A DNA stretch of 59,113 nucleotides, counting the filler. It is 4 parts of 4 records of this genome, joined end to end, with 100 filler letters (N's around TTAATTAATTAA, not from the genome) between each part and the next. Parts side by side here need not be neighbours in the genome. Positions count along the whole stretch, not along the records: positions 50,870 to 59,113 come from DRR378314_1110; 3 more parts are not named here. One strand, written 5' to 3'. The translations under genes were made by a program, and so were the position numbers. The notes beneath the pieces are model-generated. The model did not search any database and had not been told where the DNA came from. It saw nothing but the letters and a program-made list of their open reading frames with translations. Of this stretch, positions 50,870 through 59,113 are shown in pieces (the first letter of the stretch is position 1; the number at the start of each line of letters is the position of its first letter).

Positions 50870-52470
50870 GGCAGGTACCGGTGCTGCCTGCGCATCCGCG
50901 CGCAGCTGCGACGGTGGCATTGCACCAGGAGGCGGATGGAGAATACCGGGCGGGCGCACGGTCGGTCGACTCGTAGAAGGGCCGCCTACACGCTCGTTCA
51001 CGCTATCTCTTCCCACTGTAGAAGCGCCTTGGCCGACCATTTGTCCTCTATGAGCCTCATAAGTTCCACTGGAAGGCGGAGGCGGGCCCGGAGGCGGCGG
51101 CGGCGGCGTACTCGGCGGCGGCGGCGGTGGCGGCGGAGCGCTTGGTGGCGGTGGGGGGACACTCGGAGGCGGCGGCGGAACACTCGGAGGAGGCGGCGGC
51201 GGTGGCACGCCGCGCTCATCCTCGTTTTCGCTGCCGTACTCATCGTCCCCAGCATCTTCATCTTCTGCACGCCCGGAGAATAAGGGGAAAGGATATCGTT
51301 ACACATGAAAATGGAAGGGATCCGAGGAAGAACGGTTTGCAACGAAGGCATGAAGACGGAAGAGCTCGGCAGCGCGGTACCGAGGCTTCGCTACCCACCT
51401 TCCGAGGAGCTGAGCACGTCGCCTTCGAAGAATACTTTGGGATCGTCGCTGCAGAGGCACGCAATAGCGAGTGGCGCATGCGCAGGAACGTGCAGCGATA
51501 ACCGAATAAGATTTCTCGATTAACTGAATCATTTCAAACGTGATTTGCTTCAGAAAGGACAAGCGCGCTGCAAGGCAAGAGGCGTACGACTCGACGTACG
51601 GAGTGTGAAGTGCCTCGCGCGCAAACAACAACGTACTCCTCTCCTGATTTCTTGTGCTTCCGCTGCTTCTGATGTTCCTGCAATACAAACAGAATCGTGT
51701 GCCAGGCCAGTACCGCAAGACGTCAGAAATTCCCACCACAGATGGATTTTGTCTCCAGAGAAAACGAACTTTACAGATCATGTTGAGAAAAGGGGAGCTT
51801 CCTCTGGCTAGCTTCGTCCGATTCGGCGCGTACCTCTTTGACGGCGAGCACGCGCTCCAGCTCCTCGCGCAGTCGCGCTCGTCGCGCAGCAGAGTTCTGG
51901 TCGAGGCGCCCTTGACTCTCTGCAAAAGTACGCGCAGCGGGAACACCGGCACGGACAAAATGGCGACGATGTCACTGATGCAATCAAGACGAGTGGAAGA
52001 AAACTCAATGAATATTTGGAAGCGTGGCCGCGATTCCCTTCCCGCGTAGACGACGCCCGCTGCGTCGGGAAACAGTCTTCACTGCACGTACCCAACATAT
52101 CAATGTGCCGAATCTTCGTACGCAGCTCTTCCGGATCTTTTCTCAGTTTCGCCATTTCGCGGATAACGACTCGGTTTTTCTTATTCTACATGGATGCGAA
52201 ACAAATCAAAGATTGTACAAAGTGAGACTTACCCGGCTTTATGTGTGAAGGAGAAAAGAGAGCGGCGCATTGAGGGCTACTTGCCAGTAGCAGGAGCTCC
52301 GCGCACGCCACGACATCGCGACCACGACCGGAAAGCAACACGTTGAGCTCTTACAGTCAGCGCACGACGGTCGGCGGAAAACAAACCTTGCCCTTTTCCT
52401 TACGGCGTTGCATCTTGCGAAACGAGTCTGCGGGATTGAGATCCCTTTTGCCACGCTTTGTTTTCACCAT
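50870..52470 (-). CDS. WBP11: WW domain-binding protein 11 (WBP11/NpwBP) splicing factor homolog, 3'-truncated
   Basis: Exons 52470-52387, 52185-52092 and 51919 onward give MVKTKRGKRDLNPADSFRKMQRRKEKGK-NKKNRVVIREMAKLRKDPEELRTKIRHIDML-ESQGRLDQNSAARRARLREELERV, followed by acidic and poly-Pro regions. Confidence 0.8.
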
Positions 52471-53096
52471 GGCTGCCAACGGGGCTCCGCTGGCGCAGAG
52501 CGGGGACGCTTGGGTTGGTTTTGCCCGACCGCCTGCGCAGAGGGCGGCGCGCGGCGAGAGCGGCTTCCCATAATATGGTTGAAAGAGTAGGGTTGAGCAA
52601 TGTGGCGCAGGGAGCTAGAGCGTGTTTCCGCGGCGCAAAGGAGCCGCCCAGAGCTCTACAAAGTGGCGGGGAGAGCCTCGCGTGCGGAGCGGAAAATCAG
52701 AGGTCCAGGGTTTACAATGGGAAGAGAGAATCGATACGATGACAGGGTTTGTCGTTGACAGCCAGGAAAACGAGGTGCTGGGGTCGCTGGGCAAGCGGCA
52801 CTTGGCACCCAGCGCGATGACGACGAATGACGCGCTGCGGAGGTTCTTCCCTTGGCGTACGACGCTCAGCACCCTTGCAGCAGCACGTAGCGGCGCTCTC
52901 CTCAGCGCGTATGTTCGAGCACGGGAACTCGAGCGCGTCCCGCTTCACCAACCGCGCGGAAGGAAAGATGAGATAGGAACCCCTTGCAATTTATTACACG
53001 CTGCCATCGCCATCTCGTACAAAGCGCAACCTTTCGTCGCTTCTTTGCTACGACGGGAGAAGCACGCACAGGCACGCTGGGAAGCTGGGCGAGCTT

Positions 53097-54254
53097 TCAA
53101 AAGCGCGGGTGACTCGCCAGCGGCGACGAGTTGCCAACGCTAGTGTTGCCCATGTACGAGGGGAGAATTCGCGTGCTCTCGTAACCAGCATCGTAGTGTA
53201 CGGAAGGCTCATCCATGCCTTGATTTCCCTGCCACTCTTCGGTGGAGCGCACAGGAATCGAGAGCGACATCGCCTCGTCGGAGGGAACGACAAAACCGTT
53301 TGGTTGGAAGCGGTGCTTGCGCCTGCACACGGCGAAATAGGCCACCGCACCAATCAGAGCGAGCACACTGATCGTGATGCCGACGATTGCCCCCGTAGAC
53401 AGATTATTCTTCTTTCCTGTGACACAGCAGTAAGGCGTTCCACTCGTGCGCGCCCGTGTGACAACATTATATGGGAGATCGTCACACTCGGTACCGTTGG
53501 CAAAGTGCCGGCAATCGGAGACTCTGCGCGAACCGCGACGAAGCAAGCCGGCGCAAGGCGTCAGCTTCCATGTGAGCAAGGAGGTTTCACCAGCTCCTGC
53601 TGGTGCCCAGTGTACGATCAGGCGAACGAAGGAAAGCAAGCACGATACCCTCGCTGCGACATCGACACAACATAAATATCTTTTTACGAAAGAAATCCGT
53701 CCACGAGAGACCCTTTTCCTCGGAAGTTGGGGAACCGGGCTAGCGCACAGGGCGCAGCAACGCGCGACGGTTCCGCTCGCACAGCAGCAGGCCCGCAGGC
53801 ACCTCGGCGGGCGCAACTGGCCAAACAGGCCGCGAGTACGCTCATAGAAGAGGGGCCGAAACGCTCACGAAGATAAGCACACTCATGCTCAAGCCAAATA
53901 TATTCGCCTCTTCTCGCGATCTAGAGATCACTAAAGATCCATCAGGGGCCAGGTGCTCGTGTTCAACCAAGCGCAGCTCCATGCGGTTGCCAAGGCGTGC
54001 CACGCCCAACCCAGCGCGCACAGGAGCAGGTAAAGCGACCACCAGGCGTGGCACAGGATGCCCGAGCGACAAGCTTCCGTTGCCCACTTGCTCAATGCAA
54101 CGTACTGGCATGCGTATCCTTGACCATTGTACGTTCCACAGCACATATCTGCGTCGGAAATATGATGCGAGCCACACATTTCAGCCTGCGCGCACAGCAG
54201 GAAGCCAGCGACCACTGCAGCCGCAGCGACGCAGCTAGTTGCGCGGCCTCGCAT
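53097..54254 (-). CDS. Small Cys-rich type I membrane protein, multi-exon
   Basis: Signal peptide (MRGRATSCVAAAAVVAGFLLCAQA); Cys-rich exons; TM LSTGAIVGITISVLALIGAVAYFAVC followed by an RRKHR stop-transfer; cytoplasmic tail. Confidence 0.6.
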
Positions 54255-55189
54255 GGCACACTGCGCGTGCGTTTCGTTCCGCGGCGGCAGCTTCCGAAGG
54301 AAAGTGCAAATCAATATATCGACTATCGGGGTACTTTTACTAGCATTCGATACAAAGAATTCAATTTACAAGAAGAGCTCGACTGTACAGCCACGGAGTC
54401 CTCCCGGATCGTTAGAAGCAGGTGGTGCGCGGCAGACTGGCGCGCTCCGCGGACAGCTCGGCGTGTGCGGCGCGCCGCGCGAGAGCTGCGCCTGATCGCA
54501 TCCAGAACGCGTCAAAGGCGGGTGCGTTCAAGGAGACCTAGAATCTGAACCATGAAACACGAACCCGACGGTTCTCGCCAACAGGACGTCTATTGCGCGG
54601 CTTTGCGGCACTGCAGGATGCGGAGCTCCCACGCGGAGCCTCCTCGCGCACTGTGATATACATCATTGGAAATTATACGCCTGTACTGTGAGACGGACGT
54701 GGCGACCAGCTCAGGTGCCGCAGTGCAGGCGAGCGACGCGCGCAAATCGGCCGGCGGCAGCGGTCCTCCGAGCAGCTTTTGTATTTCTCTTGCCTGCAGC
54801 GAGAAGCAAGTGCTGCTTCTCCATCTTCTGCAGAACTGTACCACCAAATAGAACTGGACCATGATTGGAGCATTCAAAAATCACAGACAGGGATACCTAC
54901 GAGCTTAAATGGACTGCAGAAAGAGCAACGAATTCGGCACCCGTTGTCGTACCGCAAAGCGTATGCCCAAGGTTGGCACAAGGGCGACGCAAATAGAATA
55001 TGAGTGTTAGCACAGAGAATTCTCTCTTTAATACATATGCGCGCGTATCTCGTCACAAGGAATGGTGTTTGCGATAATAATAATAATAATATGATGGACA
55101 ATAAACTTGCGACAGGAGACCATAGGGCAGACACATCCGTACAAGGCGAGCTCTGCCGAAAGTATACAACACGCAGGACGCGGACGCTC

Positions 55190-58100
55190 TGGCGTACCAA
55201 TGAGGTGTTGCGCGAACCGGTTCTCGAGCTCGTTGTTTCTCAGCATGAGCTCCGGGTTCATACCCGGATTCCGCAAAAGCGCCGGCGAGAAAACAATAGC
55301 GAGGTTCTCAACCGTCATGCGAGTGATACGCTATATGAATGACGGAAAGCAGACATCGGGGAAAGAAACAGAGGAGGAGGCGGGTTACATAGGAGAAAGA
55401 CACTACGCACACCAACGAGAGTCATAGCTGGGCGGGACACGCATCAGCTTCCATTCACTACGCAAACACCAACTGCGCAATACAACGCATTCATGTGACA
55501 CACGATGCATGGTGAGATGGAAATTTACGTCTCTTATTCAGAAAAAGTACTTCGCGAACAGCCCATGCAGCCGCAAATGCATAGACAGCGAACGAAAGAG
55601 GACAAGCACCAGTTCGGCGCACCTGGTTTTCCTCCCTGACAAACTCCTTGAGGAAAACGACAAGCTTCCGAATAAGCGCCTGATTTTCTCCGGGGAGCCG
55701 TTGTACCAGAAATACCTACACAAAGAGGAATAACCCATTTCATGGTGCACAATGCACGTGTCGTCAGCGAGGTAGGCAGAGTGAGACCGCAGGCGCGGCA
55801 CGCGGAGCCAGCACACGCCCGTGGTCAACAGGGCTTTGCGCAGGGCGCGCCAACGGGGGAAACCACTGTCGCCCTACATACTCAACTTTATCACTCGTAC
55901 ACCCCAGTATCCCAACCTCTCTTGGCGACTGTGGGCGAGTTTCTCCCCTGTCCTCCAGCGGAAGAGGAAACAAAGCAGCCGACAGCAGCACCAGCGACGT
56001 ATTCTACCCGACTGCATCGTCGAGTCACTCTAAAGCTGAACATTGCATGGCAATGCATGTACATAGTGCCGGTACTCAGTCACCCGGGGGATCTTCGAAG
56101 CCCATTTTCGGCAGCAGCGTTTCCCGCGCTCTCGACACGTACCGCATCACCAGGATTCTCAGCCGTGCTCAGCGCTTCATCGTAAAAGTGTACAGGAACA
56201 AGAGGCTCCGCAAATGAACGGAGCCATTGCTATATGACGAATGCAAAGTCACAAGAAACACGGATGGGGAATGAGCGGGAGAGATCGGTCCGAGAAGACA
56301 ACGCACAAAGGCGCGATACGCGGAAGCGCATCACCATGTAAAATACCTTGAACAGACAAGCTGCAACATGCGGATCGTCCGACGAAAGCGCTGTCGCTCC
56401 ATCAATAACTTTCGATTTTTGAAAGTTGATTTCTTCACGATCGGCTTCGTGGCGGAAAATTCCTTGCGTTTGCGTTCCGTTGCAATCGAGAATCGCTTGT
56501 GTGAGGACGTAGAACAGCTTCGGGACCTTCTCCTCTGGATCGGTCGTCGCTTGCAACAGCATCATCTTCACCAAGCGAAAGAAGGAGAGAGCAAAAGAGA
56601 GAGATCGAGAGAGAAAGGCAGCAGATACGGGATGATATGGGGCAGGTTAAGAGGACAAATACGGCAGATGGGGCATTGCAGACAGTAAACATGAAAAGGT
56701 TTGCGGAATCGTGATTCACAGACTTGATGAGCGCGAACACGTCAATTACGTGCAAATACGCGGGTTTTCGGGACCCATCTCACGTACCTCTGAAAGTGGA
56801 GTATGGAATAAGCCTCCAGAAGCGACAGATTCCGGAAGGCACTCTAGCTCCGTATCGGAAGGCAACGAATCTCGCAACTGTCCCGTTTTCGACCACGCGT
56901 ATCTCCTACAATCGCAACATTGGACAAAAACAAAGCGCGTTTAGCCACGAACAGCAGAAGAAAGTATACATCATCAGCCAATACTTCTCGATAAGAGAAG
57001 AAAGTTTTATTTCTCCGCAACTTGATAGTCGCTGAGTCGAAGCCACAGGGAACGAGAATCACTTCCAACATTCTGAGACGGAAATTTCATCGTCACAGCA
57101 AAACATGATCATTTACCATTTTTTTTTCACGAAATACAGTTCCTTACGCAATGAATTATGGTCTTTTTGACGTACGATTGGCACATTTTCGCACACCGTG
57201 CGATGATTCGATTATCCTGGGCACATTGTTCCGCGATAAACGACTCGAAGTAATCCGCAAAGTTTGTAGTTGGAACAAAGCAGCTTATACACATGTACAA
57301 GATCTCAAACCCTGCAATAACGCTCTTGCTACTCGTGAAAAGAGTTTCAAAAAGGTCGATCGACCAAAAACATAAAGCGCAATTGCGAAGAACGTCAGAA
57401 TGAACGCTTGAGACTGTGCACGACAAGGAGAATCGACCGAATCTACATGTTCATATAGCAATCTATTGTCCATATTCGATTCAACGTGAAAGTCTCGTTT
57501 GTACACACAGAGCATAAACCAAAAAAGTCACAAAAGATCTAGAGCGAGCAGCGAATTCGCAGCGGCTAATACATTTGAATTCCTCTCGCGCTCTGAAGAA
57601 CTGGAACATAGAGAGATGTGGAAACACGTATCGCACACTTACGCACAGTACATTCACAAAAAATGCAAAAGGACAACAAGAACAAGAACTAGAACAACAA
57701 TAAGAATGAAACCAAACAATACGGCAGAAAGAGGCCATTGGTGAAGACTTCACACTGACTTGAAGCGAAAAGAAAACATCAGCACAGAGACTCAGTGAAT
57801 CGTACTGACGATCTGAAACACTCTTTCGCTGATGTTCAAACGCGATGAGGAGAACATGATCCTTTCTCGCGCACAGTATCATTCCACAATAAAAAAGGGC
57901 ATCATCGGGCGTTGCAAATACCCGGCTGGTCAACGACATAAGGACGTCGGTTCAACGTACTTGTTGCGGTTTCCTGTGAGTTGTCTACAAAGCTGACAGT
58001 AGATCTCGTCGCGAATCTCTTCGTGCTCTCTTCCGTTCTCCAAAATGGCCAATAACGCCTCTTTCTTCGGCTTCACTTCTTTGTGATCGCCCATGTAACT

Positions 58101-59113
58101 AACAATACGGCAAACATCATTGATGAAGAGGGCACAGAGCACAAACGGAAGCACGTTAGAACGTAACAAAGTTCCAGCGGAAAGAACAGCGGAACATACG
58201 GCAATGAGGAGAACATGAAACTCGAACAAGCGTCTCTACTCATTTGAGCAAACACGAGACGGTGACGAACAACTTCGATAAACGATAGAGAAGAGCAGAA
58301 TAATCTTGCTGGTACCCTCGTGCTTTCTCATCACGTATACGGGGACTATGCAACGTACCTCATGATATACTTGAAGTTCGTGAGAGCGATTTTAATCAGC
58401 AGCGGATTATTGAGCTTGTTCAGCGGCTTCTTGATCAGTGTCGACGAAAACGTCAACAAAGAGCGCTTTGACTTTTTCCGGAAGAATCCTCCGCGTTTCC
58501 GGAAAAACTTCTCCGCGTAGTTTTCCTGTTTTTTAAGGGGGGGTTTGCATACATCCAGAAGAGAGTAGGGATTCTGAGAGTTGTGGTGAGTAGTTCTAAT
58601 GAAAGAGCAATACGATGTGAAGGCGAGGAAGAAAAACGTAAGAGAGCAAGCGAGAAAGAGCGACCGGTCACAACGTACCAGCTTGAACTTCCAAATGTCC
58701 TTCTGCAGGTCCAGCGGGAGCCCGTGCGCACCAGCGCGCCCGCCCATCGCTGCCATGCTCGTGTTTGCTGCCGTCGGCTTCGCGGCCACCGGCGGCGTGG
58801 GCGGCGTGGGGGAGCGCGCGCGCGTCGACGAGGTAGCAGTCGCCGTGAGAACGAGGCCACTCCGCAGTGACTGCGAGAAGGACGTGCGCCGGAACTCGTC
58901 GTCGGAGCTCGCGCTGCCCGGCGGCGACAGAGAGTGCGACAACGCTTGCTGCTGCTGCACGTCGGGCGGCGGAGGGCGCGATGCCGGTGCGGTGGGTTTA
59001 GGCGGCAGAGCACCGCCTGTTTGCGCCACTGCCTCGTGCAGCGGAGCCGCGGCGCGCTGTGACTGCGCAACGGCCGGCTGTGACTGCGCAACGGCCGGCT
59101 GTGGCTGCGCAAC
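55190..59113 (-). CDS. MyTH4-RhoGAP protein (ARHGAP39/Vilse-like), multi-exon, 5'-truncated; last exon uncertain
   Basis: MyTH4: FKYIMRYMGD, EIRDEIYCQLCRQLT, CFVPT. RhoGAP: KVPKL...TQGIFR, DPHVAACLFK, WLRSFAEPLVP, RMTVENLAIVFSPALLR. Confidence 0.88.
59056..59113. repeat. Coding tandem repeat, 21-bp unit x ~2.8 (SQPAVAQ on the minus strand)
   Basis: GCTGTGACTGCGCAACGGCCG repeated up to the window end. Confidence 0.85.

Noticed and set aside
52622-53143. Plus-strand ORF between WBP11 and the membrane-protein gene
   Set aside because: No recognisable domain or clear splice structure; it may be real but cannot be supported.

Overview
The window is an artificial concatenation of four contigs joined by 100-bp N44-TTAATTAATTAA-N44 spacers (13272-13371, 43841-43940, 50770-50869). 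Contigs 1, 3 and 4 are GC-rich eukaryotic (protist-like) DNA with GT-AG introns. They carry a 5'-truncated, intronless giant ORF of >3200 aa (central P-loop/AAA+ module, uncharacterised C-terminal domain), a 5-exon DJ-1 gene, a partial ABCC/MRP transporter, WBP11, a Cys-rich type I membrane protein and a MyTH4-RhoGAP. Contig 2 (13372-43840) is gammaproteobacterial (Halomonas-like by inference). It carries a Septu/PtuAB-like ATPase-HNH pair, a MocR-regulated mvaAB mevalonate catabolic operon with a TctA-like permease, a large copper-resistance cluster, csiD-lhgO, and a helical-protein/restriction-nuclease pair (Olokun-like candidate). The most striking unexplained structure is in contig 2. Both putative defence modules share the layout [motif A]-GTT-genes-attC(-like)-12 bp-[motif B]. 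Motifs A and B are directly oriented members of one ~24-bp family with five clear copies. A third, apparently empty attC+motif B end lies at ~22.8 kb. No integrase is present in the contig.
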